Shown piece after piece: positions 11,946-25,400 of a DNA stretch of 64,000 bases (its first letter is position 1; each line of letters starts with the position of its first letter). The notes beneath the pieces are model-generated. The model worked only from the letters and a program-made list of their open reading frames with translations, was not told the origin of the DNA and did no database searches. The translations under genes were made by a program, and so were the position numbers. Source of the stretch: Eledone cirrhosa (taxonomy: Eukaryota); the NCBI GenBank assembly GCA_964016885.1, contig OZ024744.1, forward strand, positions 21,824,001-21,888,000. The letters run 5' to 3'.

Positions 11946-14900
11946 TGACAGCAACAACAGCTATGACATCCTCAGGCAGAAGAGGTGACAGCCACAACAA
12001 CTATGACATCTTCAGACAGTTAGAAGAGCTGACAGGCACAACAGCTATGACATCTTTAGACAGTTAGAAGAGGTGACAGCCACAACAGCTATGACATATT
12101 CAGACAGTTAGAAGAGGTGACAGGCACAACAGCTATGACATCTTCAGACAGTTAGAAGAAGTGACGACAACAACAGCTATGAGATCTTCCGACAGAAGAG
12201 GTGACAGCCACAACAGCTATGACATCTTCAGAGAGAAGAGGTGACAGGCACAACAGCTATGACATCTACAGACAGAAGAGGTGACAGCCACAACAGCTAT
12301 GACATATTCAGACAGAAGAGGTGACAGGCACAACAGCTATGACATCTTCGGACAGTTAGAAGAGGTAACAGCAACAACGGCTATGACAACCTCAGACAGT
12401 TAGAAGAGGTGACAGGCACAACAGCTATGACATCTTTAGACAGTTAGAAGAGGTGACAGCCACCAGCTATGAGATATTCAGACAGTTAGAAGAGGTGACA
12501 GGCACAACAGCTATGACATCTTCAGACAGTTAGAAGAGGTGACAGCCGCAACAGCTATGACATCTTTAGACAGTTAGAAGAGGTTACAGGAACAACAGCT
12601 ATGACATCTTCAGAAAGAAGAGGTGACAGGCACAACAGCTATGACATCTACAGACAGAAGAGGTGACAGCCACAACAGCTATGGCATATTCAGACAGTTA
12701 GAAGAGGTGACAGCCACAGCAGCTATGACATCTTCAGACAGTTATAAGATGTGACAGCCACAACAGCTATGTCATATTCAGACAGAAGAGGTGACAGGCA
12801 CATCAGCTATGACGTCTTTAGACAGTTAGAAGAGGTGACAGTAACAACAGCTATGACATCTTCAGAAGTTAGAAGAGGTAACAGGCACAACAGCTATGGC
12901 ATCTTCAGACAGTTAGAAGAGGTGACAGCAACAACAGCTATGACATCTTCAGACAGAAGAGGTGACAGCCACAACAACTATGACATCTTCAGACAGTTAG
13001 AAGAGCTGACAGGCACAACAGCTATGACATCTTTAGACAGTTAGAAGAGGTGACAGCCACAACAGCTATGACATATTCAGACAGTTAGAAGAGGTGACAG
13101 GCACAACAGCTATGACATCTTCAGACAGTTAGAAGAGGTGACGGCAACAACAGCTATGAGATCTTCAGACAGAAGAGGTGACAGCCACAACAGCTATGAC
13201 ATCTTCAGAGAGAAGAGGTGACAGGCACAACAGCTATGACATCTTCAGACAGAAGAGGTGACAGCCACAACAGCGATGACATATTCAGACAGTTAGAAGA
13301 GGTGACAGCCACAACAGCTATGACATATTCAGACAGAAGAGGTGACATGCACAACAGCTATGACATCTTCAGACAGTTAGAAGAGGTAACAGCAACAACA
13401 GCTATGACATCTTCAGACAGTTAGAAGAGGTGACAGGCACAACAGCTATGACATCTTTAGACAGTTGGAAGAGGTGACAGCCACAACAGCTATGACATCT
13501 TCAGACAGTTAGAAGAGGTGACAGACACAACAGCTATGACATCTTCAGACAGTTAGAAGAGGTGACAGGAACAACAGCTATGACATCTTTAGACAGTTAG
13601 AAGAGGTAACACCAACAACAGCTATGACATCTTCAGACAGTTAGAAGAGGTGACAGGCACAACAGCTATGACATCTTTAGACAGTTGGAAGAGGTGACAG
13701 CCACAACAGCTATGACATCTCCAGACAGTTAGAAGAGGTGACAGCCACAACAGCTATGACATCTTCAGACAGAAGAGGTGACAGCCACAACAGCTATGAC
13801 ATCTTCAGACAGAAGAGGTGACAGGCACAACAGCTATGACATCTTCAGACAGTTAGAAGAGGTAACAGCAACAACAGCTATGACATCTTCAGACAGTTAG
13901 AAGAGGTGACAGGCATAACAGCTGTGACATCTGTAGACAGTTGGAAGAGGTGACAGCCACAACAGCTATGACATCTTCAGACAGGTAGTAGAGGTGACAG
14001 CCACAACAGCTATGACATCTTCAGACAGTTAGAAGAGGTGACAGGAACAACAGCTATGACGTCTTCAGACAGTTAGAAGAGGTGACAGGCACAACAGCTA
14101 TGTCATCTTCAGACAGTTAGAAGAGGTGACAGCAACAACAGCTATGACATCTTTAGACAGTTAGAAGCGGTGACAGCCACAACAGCTATGACATATTCAG
14201 AGAGTTAGAAGAGGTGACGGCAACAACAGCTATGAGATCTTCAGACTGAAGAGGTGACAGCCACAACAGCTATGACATCTTCAGACAAAAGAGCTGACAG
14301 GCACAACAGCTATGTGATCTTCAGACAGAAGAGGTGACAGCCACAACTGCTATGACATCTTCAGACAGAAGAGGTGACAGGCACAACAGCTATGACATCT
14401 TCAGACAGTTAGAAGGGCTTGACAGCCTCAACAGCTATGACATCTTTAGACAGTTAGAAGAGGTGACAGCCACAACAGCTATGACATCTTCAGACAGTTA
14501 GAAGAGGTGACAGCCACAACAGCTATGACGTATTTAGACAGTTAGAAGATGTGACAGGAACAACAGCTATGACGTCTTCAGACAGTTAGAAGAGGTGACA
14601 GGCACAACAGCTATGACATCTTCAGACAGGTAGAAGAGGTGACAGCAACAACAGCTATGACATCTTCAGACAGAAGAGGTGACAGCCACAACAGCTATGA
14701 CATCTTTAGACAGTTAGAAGAGGTGACAGCCACGACAGCTATGTGATATTCAGACAGTTAGAAGAGGTGACAGGCACAACAGCGATGACATCTTCAGACA
14801 GTTAGAAGAGGTGACAGCCACAACAGCTATGACATATTTAGACAGTTAGAAGAGGTGACAGGAAGAACAGCTATGACATCTTCAGACAGTTAGAAGAGGT

Positions 14901-17900
14901 GACAGGCACAACAGCTATGACATCTTCAGACAGTTAGAAGAGGTGACAGCAACAACAGTTATGACATCTTCAGACAGTTAGAAGAGGTGACAGCCACAAC
15001 AGCTATGACGTCTTTAGACAGTTAGAAGAGGTGACAGTAACAACAGCTATGACATCTTCAGAAGTTAGAAGAGGTAACAGGCACAACAGCTATGACATCT
15101 TCAGACAGTTAGAAGAGGTGACAGCCACAACAGCTATGACATCTTCAGACAGAAGAGGTGACAGGCACAACAGCTATGACATCTTCAGACAGTTAGAAGA
15201 GGTAACAGCAACAACAGCTATGACATCTTCAGACAGTTAGAAGAGGTGACAGGCACAACAGCTGTGACATCTGTAGACAGTTGGAAGAGGTGACAGCCAC
15301 AACAGCTATGACATCTTCAGACAGTTAGAAGAGGTGACAGCCACAACAGCTATGACATCTTCAGACAGTTAGAAGAGGTGACAGGAACAACAGCTATGAC
15401 GTCTTCAGACAGTTAGAAGAGGTGACAGGCACAACAGCTATGTCATCTTCAGACAGTTAGAAGAGGTGACAGCAACAACAGCTATGACATCTTTAGACAG
15501 TTAGAAGCGGTGACAGCCACAACAGCTATGACATATTCAGACAGTTAGAAGAGGTGACGGCAACAACAGCTATGAGATCTTCAGACTGAAGAGGTGACAG
15601 CCACAACAGCTATGACATCTTCAGACAAAAGAGCTGACAGGCACAACAGCTATGTGATCTTCAGACAGAAGAGGTGACAGCCACAACTGCTATGACATCT
15701 TCAGACAGAAGAGGTGACAGGCACAACAGCTATGACATCTTCAGACAGTTAGAAGGGGGTGACAGCCTCAACAGCTATGACATCTTTAGACAGTTAGAAG
15801 AGGTGACAGCCACAACAGCTATGACATCTTCAGACAATTAGAAGAGGTGACAGCAACAACAGCTATGACATCTTCAGACAGTTAGAAGAGGTGACAGCCC
15901 CAACAGCTATGACGTCTTTAGACAGTTAGAAGAGGTGACAGTAACAACAGCTATGACATCTTCATAAGTTAGAAGAGGTAACAGGCACAACAGCTATGAC
16001 ATCTTCAGACAGTTAGAAGAGGTGACAGCAACAACAGCTATGACATCTTCAGACAGAAGAGGTGACAGCCACAACAACTATGACATCTTCAGACAGTTAG
16101 AAGAGCTGACAGGCACAACAGCTATGACATCTTTAGACAGTTAGAAGAGGTGACAGCCACAACAGCTATGACATATTCAGACAGTTAGAAGAGGTGACAG
16201 GCACAACAGCTATGACATCTTCAGACAGTTAGAAGAGGTGACGGCAACAACAGCTATGAGATCTTCAGACAGAAGAGGTGACAGGCACAACAGCTATGAC
16301 ATCTTCAGAGAGAAGAGGTGAGAGGCACAACAGCTATGACATCTACAGACAGAAGAGGTGACAGCCACAACAGCTATGACATATTCAGACAGTTAGAAGA
16401 GGTGACAGCCACAACTGCTATGACATCTTCAGACAGTTATAAGATGTGACAGCCACAACAGCTATGACATATTCAGTCAGAAGAGGTGACACTCACAACA
16501 GCTATGACATCTTCAGACAGTTAGAAGAGGTAACACCAACAACAGCTATGACATCTTCAGACAGTTAGAAGAGGTGACAGGCACAACAGCTATGACATCT
16601 TTAGACAGTTGGAAGAGGTGACAGCCACAACAGCTATGACATCTCCAGACAGTTAGAAGAGGTGACAGCCACAACAGCTATGACATCTTCAGACAGAAGA
16701 GGTGACAGGCACAACAGCTATGACATCTTCAGACAGTTAGAAGAGGTAACAGCAACAACAGCTATGACATCTTCAGACAGTTAGAAGAGGTGACAGGCAC
16801 AACAGCTGTGACATCTGTAGACAGTTGGAAGAGGTGACAGCCACAACAGCTATGACATCTTCAGACAGTTAGAAGAGGTGACAGCCACAAGAGCTATGAC
16901 ATCTTCAGACAGTTAGAAGAGGTGACAGGAACAACAGCTATGACGTCTTCAGACAGTTAGAAGAGGTGACAGGCACAACAGCTATGTCATCTTCAGACAG
17001 TTAGAAGAGGTGACAGCAACAACAGCTATGACATCTTTAGACAGTTAGAAGCGGTGACAGCCACAACAGCTATGACATATTCAGACAGTTAGAAGAGGTG
17101 ACGGCAACAACAGCTATGAGATCTTCAGACTGAAGAGGTGACAGCCACAACAGCTATGACATCTTCAGACAAAAGAGCTGACAGGCACAACAGCTATGTG
17201 ATCTTCAGACAGAAGAGGTGACAGCCACAACTGCTATGACATCTTCAGACAGAAGAGGTGACAGGCACAACAGCTATGACATCTTCAGACAGTTAGAAGA
17301 GGGTGACAGCCTCAACAGCTATGACATCTTTAGACAGTTAGAAGAGGTGACAGCCACAACAGCTATGACATCTTCAGACAGTTAGAAGAGGTGACAGCCA
17401 CAACAGCTATGACATATTTAGACAGTTAGAAGATGTGACAGGAACAACAGCTATGACGTCTTCAGACAGTTAGAAGAGGTGACAGGCACAACAGCTATGA
17501 CATCTTCAGACAGGTAGAAGAGGTGACAGCAACAACAGCTATGACATCTTCAGACAGAAGAGGTGACAGCCACAACAGCTATGACATCTTTAGACAGTTA
17601 GAAGAGGTGACAGCCACGACAGCTATGAGATATTCAGACAGTTAGAAGAGGTGACAGGCACAACAGCTATGACATCTTCAGACAGTTAGAAGAGGTGACA
17701 GCCACAACAGCTATGCCATATTTAGACAGTTAGAAGAGGTGACAGGAAGAACAGCTATGACATCTTCAGACAGTTAGAAGAGGTGACAGGCACAACAGCT
17801 ATGACTTCTTCAGACAGTTAGAAGAGGTGACAGCAACAACAGTTATGACATCTTCAGACAGTTAGAAGAGGTGACAGCCACAACAGCTATGACGTCTTTA

Positions 17901-20900
17901 GACAGTTAGAAGAGGTGACAGTAACAACAGCTATGACATATTCAGAAGTTAGAAGAGGTAACAGGCACAACAGCTATGACATCTTCAGACAGTTAGAAGA
18001 GGTGACAGCAACAACAGCTATGACATCCTCAGGCAGAAGAGGTGACAGCCACAACAACTATGACATCTTCAGACAGTTAGAAGAGCTGACAGGCACAACA
18101 GCTATGACATCTTTAGACAGTTAGAAGAGGTGACAGCCACAACAGCTATGACATATTCAGACAGTTAGAAGAGGTGACAGGCACAACAGCTATGACATCT
18201 TCAGACAGTTAGAAGAAGTGACGACAACAACAGCTATGAGATCTTCCGACAGAAGAGGTGACAGCCACAACAGCTATGACATCTTCAGAGAGAAGAGGTG
18301 ACAGGCACAACAGCTATGACATCTACAGACAGAAGAGGTGACAGCCACAACAGCTATGACATATTCAGACAGAAGAGGTGACAGGCACAACAGCTATGAC
18401 ATCTTCGGACAGTTAGAAGAGGTAACAGCAACAACGGCTATGACAACCTCAGACAGTTAGAAGAGGTGACAGGCACAACAGCTATGACATCTTTAGACAG
18501 TTAGAAGAGGTGACAGCCACCAGCTATGAGATATTCAGACAGTTAGAAGAGGTGACAGGCACAACAGCTATGACATCTTCAGACAGTTAGAAGAGGTGAC
18601 AGCCGCAACAGCTATGACATCTTTAGACAGTTAGAAGAGGTTACAGGAACAACAGCTATGACATCTTCAGAAAGAAGAGGTGACAGGCACAACAGCTATG
18701 ACATCTACAGACAGAAGAGGTGACAGCCACAACAGCTATGGCATATTCAGACAGTTAGAAGAGGTGACAGCCACAGCAGCTATGACATCTTCAGACAGTT
18801 ATAAGATGTGACAGCCACAACAGCTATGTCATATTCAGACAGAAGAGGTGACAGGCACATCAGCTATGACGTCTTTAGACAGTTAGAAGAGGTGACAGTA
18901 ACAACAGCTATGACATCTTCAGAAGTTAGAAGAGGTAACAGGCACAACAGCTATGACATCTTCAGACAGTTAGAAGAGGTGACAGCAACAACAGCTATGA
19001 CATCTTCAGACAGAAGAGGTGACAGCCACAACAACTATGACATCTTCAGACAGTTAGAAGAGCTGACAGGCACAACAGCTATGACATCTTTAGACAGTTA
19101 GAAGAGGTGACAGCCACAACAGCTATGACATATTCAGACAGTTAGAAGAGGTGACAGGCACAACAGCTATGACATCTTCAGACAGTTAGAAGAGGTGACG
19201 GCAACAACAGCTATGAGATCTTCAGACAGAAGAGGTGACAGCCACAACAGCTATGACATCTTCAGAGAGAAGAGGTGACAGGCACAACAGCTATGACATC
19301 TACAGACAGAAGAGGTGACAGCCACAACAGCGATGACATATTCAGACAGTTAGAAGAGGTGACAGCCACAACAGCTATGACATATTCAGACAGAAGAGGT
19401 GACATGCACAACAGCTATGACATCTTCAGACAGTTAGAAGAGGTAACAGCAACAACAGCTATGACATCTTCAGACAGTTAGAAGAGGTGACAGGCACAAC
19501 AGCTATGACATCTTTAGACAGTTGGAAGAGGTGACAGCCACAACAGCTATGACATCTTCAGACAGTTAGAAGAGGTGACAGACACAACAGCTATGACATC
19601 TTCAGACAGTTAGAAGAGGTGACAGGAACAACAGCTATGACATCTTTAGACAGTTAGAAGAGGTAACACCAACAACAGCTATGACATCTTCAGACAGTTA
19701 GAAGAGGTGACAGGCACAACAGCTATGACATCTTTAGACAGTTGGAAGAGGTGACAGCCACAACAGCTATGACATCTCTAGACAGTTAGAAGAGGTGACA
19801 GGCACAACAGCTATGACATCTTCAGACAGAAGAGGTGACAGCCACAACAGCTATGACATCTTCAGACAGAAGAGGTGACAGGCACAACAGCTATGACATC
19901 TTCAGACAGTTAGAAGAGGTAACAGCAACAACAGCTATGACATCTTCAGACAGTTAGAAGAGGTGACAGGCATAACAGCTGTGACATCTGTAGACAGTTG
20001 GAAGAGGTGACAGCCACAACAGCTATGACATCTTCAGACAGGTAGTAGAGGTGACAGCCACAACAGCTATGACATCTTCAGACAGTTAGAAGAGGTGACA
20101 GGAACAACAGCTATGACGTCTTCAGACAGTTAGAAGAGGTGACAGGCACAACAGCTATGTCATCTTCAGACAGTTAGAAGAGGTGACAGCAACAACAGCT
20201 ATGACATCTTTAGACAGTTAGAAGCGGTGACAGCCACAACAGCTATGACATATTCAGAGAGTTAGAAGAGGTGACGGCAACAACAGCTATGAGATCTTCA
20301 GACTGAAGAGGTGACAGCCACAACAGCTATGACATCTTCAGACAAAAGAGCTGACAGGCACAACAGCTATGTGATCTTCAGACAGAAGAGGTGACAGCCA
20401 CAACTGCTATGACATCTTCAGACAGAAGAGGTGACAGGCACAACAGCTATGACATCTTCAGACAGTTAGAAGGGCTTGACAGCCTCAACAGCTATGACAT
20501 CTTTAGACAGTTAGAAGAGGTGACAGCCACAACAGCTATGACATCTTCAGACAGTTAGAAGAGGTGACAGCCACAACAGCTATGACGTATTTAGACAGTT
20601 AGAAGATGTGACAGGAACAACAGCTATGACGTCTTCAGACAGTTAGAAGAGGTGACAGGCACAACAGCTATGACATCTTCAGACAGGTAGAAGAGGTGAC
20701 AGCAACAACAGCTATGACATCTTCAGACAGAAGAGGTGACAGCCACAACAGCTATGACATCTTTAGACAGTTAGAAGAGGTGACAGCCACGACAGCTATG
20801 TGATATTCAGACAGTTAGAAGAGGTGACAGGCACAACAGCGATGACATCTTCAGACAGTTAGAAGAGGTGACAGCCACAACAGCTATGACATATTTAGAC

Positions 20901-21200
20901 AGTTAGAAGAGGTGACAGGAAGAACAGCTATGACATCTTCAGACAGTTAGAAGAGGTGACAGGCACAACAGCTATGACATCTTCAGACAGTTAGAAGAGG
21001 TGACAGCAACAACAGTTATGACATCTTCAGACAGTTAGAAGAGGTGACAGCCACAACAGCTATGACGTCTTTAGACAGTTAGAAGAGGTGACAGTAACAA
21101 CAGCTATGACATCTTCAGAAGTTAGAAGAGGTAACAGGCACAACAGCTATGACATCTTCAGACAGTTAGAAGAGGTGACAGCCACAACAGCTATGACATC
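9030..21200. repeat. Tandem duplication of ~6.1 kb (offset 6057 bp; 6145 bp upstream of a two-monomer 88-bp indel)
   Basis: Offset 6057 at CATAA 9906/15963, GAAGAGGGTG 11239/17296, ORF starts 11858/17915, 12751/18808 and 13218/19275, and GAAGGGCTT 14412/20469. Offset 6145 at (CTG)TAGACAG 9129/15274. Confidence 0.92.
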
Positions 21201-22489
21201 TTCAGACATTTAGAAGAGGTGACAGGAACAACAGCTATGACGTCTTCAGACAGTTAGAAGAGGTGACAGGCACAACAGCTATGTCATCTTCAGACATTTA
21301 GAAGAGGTGACAGCAACAACAGCTATGACATCTTTAGACAGTTAGAAGCGGTGACAGCCACAACAGCTATGACATATTCAGACAGTTAGAAGAGGTGACG
21401 GCAACAACAGCTATGAGATCTTCAGACTGAAGAGGTGACAGCCACAACAGCTATGACATCTTCAGACAAAAGAGCTGACAGGCACAACAGATATGTGATC
21501 TTCAGACAGAAGAGGTGACAGCCACAACTGCTATGGCATCTTCAGACAGAAGAGGTGACAGGCACAACAGCTATGACATCTTCAGACAGTTAGAAGGGGG
21601 TGACAGCCTCAACAGCTATGACATCTTTAGACAGTTAGAAGAGGTGACAGCCACAACAGCTATGACATATTTAGACAGTTAGAAGATGTGACAGCCACAA
21701 CAGCTATGACATATTCAGACAGAAGAGGTGACAGGCACATCAGCTATGACATCTACAGACAGAAGAGGTGACAGCCACAACAGCTATGACATCTTCAGAC
21801 AATTAGAAGAGGTGACAGCAACAACAGCTATGACATATTCAGACAGTTAGAAGAGGTGACAGCCACAACAGCTATGACGTCTTTAGACAGTTAGAAGAGG
21901 TGACAGTAACAACAGCTATGACATCTTCAGAAGTTAGAAGAGGTAACATGCACAACAGCTATGACATCTTCAGACAGTTAGAAGAGGTGACAGCAACAAC
22001 AGCTATGACATCTTCAGACAGAAGAGGTGACAGCTACAACAACTATGACATCTTCAGACAGTTAGAAGAGCTGACAGGCACAACAGCTATGACATCTTTA
22101 GACAGTTAGAAGAGGTGACAGCCACAACAGCTATGACATATTCAGACAGTTAGAAGAGGTGACAGGCACAACAGCTATGACATCTTCAGACAGTTAGAAG
22201 AGGTGACGACAACAACAGCTATCAGATCTTCCGACAGAAGAGGTGACAGCCACAACAGCTATGACATCTTCAGAGAGAAGAGGTGACAGGCACAACAGCT
22301 ATGACATCTACAGACAGAAGAGGTGACAACCACAACAGCTATGACATATTCAGACAGAAGAGGTGACAGGCACAACAGCTATGACATCTTCAGACAGTTA
22401 GCAGAGGTAACAGCAACAACGGCTATGACAACCTCAGACAGTTAGAAGAGGTGACAGGCACAACAGCTATGACATCTTCAGACAGTTAG

Positions 22490-25400
22490 AAGAGGTGACA
22501 TCCGCAACAGCTATGACATCTTTAGACAGTTAGAAGAGGTTACAGGAACAACAGCTATGACATCTTCAGAAAGAAGAGGTGACAGGCACAACAGCTATGA
22601 CATCTACAGACAGAAGAGGTGACAGCCACAACAGCTATGGCATATTCAGACAGTTAGAAGAGGTGACAGCCACAACAGCTATGACATCTTCAGACAGTTA
22701 TAAGATGTGACAGCCACAACAGCTGTCATATTCAGACAGAAGAGCTGACAGGCACATCAGCTATGACATCTACAGACAGAAGAGGTGACAGCCACAACAG
22801 CTATGACATCTTCAGACAATTAGAAGAGGTGACAGCAACAACAGCTATGACATCTTCAGACAGTTAGAAGAGGTGACAGCCACAACAGCTATGACGTCTT
22901 TAGACAGTTAGAAGAGGTGACAGTAACAACAGCTATGACATCTTCATAAGTTAGAAGAGGTAACAGGCACAACAGCTATGACATCTTCAGACAGTTAGAA
23001 GAGGTGACAGCAACAACAGCTATGACATCTTCAGACAGAAGAGGTGACAGCCACAACAACTATGACATCTTCAGACAGTTAGAAGAGCTGACAGGCACAA
23101 CAGCTATGACATCTTTAGACAGTTAGAAGAGGTGACAGCCACAACAGCTATGACATATTCAGACAGTTAGAAGAGGTGACAGGCACAACAGCTATGACAT
23201 CTTCAGACAGTTAGAAGAGGTGACGGCAACAACAGCTATGAGATCTTCAGACAGAAGAGGTGACAGCCACAACAGCTATGACATCTTCAGAGAGAAGAGG
23301 TGACAGGCACAACAGCTATGACATCTACAGACAGAAGAGGTGACAGCCACAACAGCGATGACATATTCAGACAGTTAGAAGAGGTGACAGCCACAACAGC
23401 TATGACATATTCAGACAGAAGAGGTGACATGCACAACAGCTATGACATCTTCAAAAAGTTAGAAGAGGTAACAGCAACAACAGCTATGACATCTTCAGAC
23501 AGTTAGAAGAGGTGACAGGCACAACAGCTATGACATCTTTAGACAGTTGGAAGAGGTGACAGCCACAACAGCTATGACATCTTCAGACAGTTAGAAGGGG
23601 TGACAGACACAACAGCTATGACATCTTCAGACAGTTAGAAGAGGTGACGCGCAACCACAGCTATGAGATCTTCAGACTGAAGAGGTGGCAGCCACAACAA
23701 CTATGACATCTTCAGACAAAAGAGGTGACAGGCACAACAGCTATGACATCTTCAGACAGTTAGAAGGGGGTGACAGCCTCAACAGCTATGACATATTTAG
23801 ACAGTTAGAAATTGTGACAGCCACAACAGCTATGACATATTCAGACAGAAGAGGTGACAGGCACATCAGCTATGACATCTACAGACAGAAGAGGTGACAG
23901 CCACAACAGCTATGACATCTTCAGACAATTAGAAGAGGTGACAGCAACAACAGCTATGACATCTTCAGACAGTTAGAAGAGGTGACAGTAACAACAGCTA
24001 TGACATCTTCAGAAGTTAGAAGAGGTAACAGGCACAACAGCTATGACATCTTCAGACAGTTAGAAGAGGTGACAGCAACAACAGCTATGACATCTTCAGA
24101 CAGAAGAGGTGACAGCTACAACAACTATGACATCTTCAGACAGTTAGAAGAGCTGACAGGCACAACAGCTATGACATCTTTAGGCAGTTAGAAGAGGTGA
24201 CAGCCACAAGAGCTATGACATATTCAGACAGTTAGAAGAGGTGACAGGCACAACAGCTATGACATCTTCAGACAGTTAGAAGAGGTGACGGCAACAACAG
24301 CTATGAGATCTTCCGACAGAAGAGGTGACAGCCACAACAGCTATGACATCTTCAGAGAGAAGAGGTGACAGGCACAACAGCTATGACATCTACAGACAGA
24401 AGAGGTGACAACCACAACAGCTATGACATATTCAGACAGAAGAGGTGACAGGCACAACAGCTATGACATCTTCAGACAGTTAGCAGAGGTAACAGCAACA
24501 ACGGCTATGACAACCTCAGACAGTTAGAAGAGGTGACAGGCACAACAGCTATGACATCTTTAGACAGTTAGAAGAGGTGAAAGCCACCACAGCTATGAGA
24601 TATTCAGACAGTTAGAAGAGGTGACAGGCACAACAGCTATGACATCTTCAGACAGTTAGAAGAGGTGACAGCCGCAACAGCTATGACATCTTTAGACAGT
24701 TAGAAGAGGTTACAGGAACAACAGCTATGACATCTTCAGAAAGAAGAGGTGACAGGCACAACAGCTATGACATCTACAGACAGAAGAGGTGACAGCCACA
24801 ACAGCTATGGCATATTCAGACAGTTAGAAGAGGTGACATCCGCAACAGCTATGACATCTTTAGACAGTTAGAAGAGGTTACAGGAACAACAGCTATGACA
24901 TCTTCAGAAAGAAGAGGTGACAGGCACAACAGCTATGACATCTACAGACAGAAGAGGTGACAGCCACAACAGCTATGGCATATTCAGACAGTTAGAAGAG
25001 GTGACAGCCACAACAGCTATGACATCTTCAGACAGTTATAAGATGTGACAGCCACAACAGCTGTCATATTCAGACAGAAGAGCTGACAGGCACATCAGCT
25101 ATGACATCTACAGACAGAAGAGGTGACAGCCACAACAGCTATGACATCTTCAGACAACTAGAAGAGGTGACAGCAACAACAGCTATGACATCTTCAGACA
25201 GTTAGAAGAGGTGACAGCCACAACAGCTATGACGTCTTTAGACAGTTAGAAGAGGTGACAGTAACAACAGCTATGACATCTTCATAAGTTAGAAGAGGTA
25301 ACAGGCACAACAGCTATGACATCTTCAGACAGTTAGAAGAGGTGACAGCAACAACAGCTATGACATCTTCAGACAGAAGAGGTGACAGCCACAACAACTA

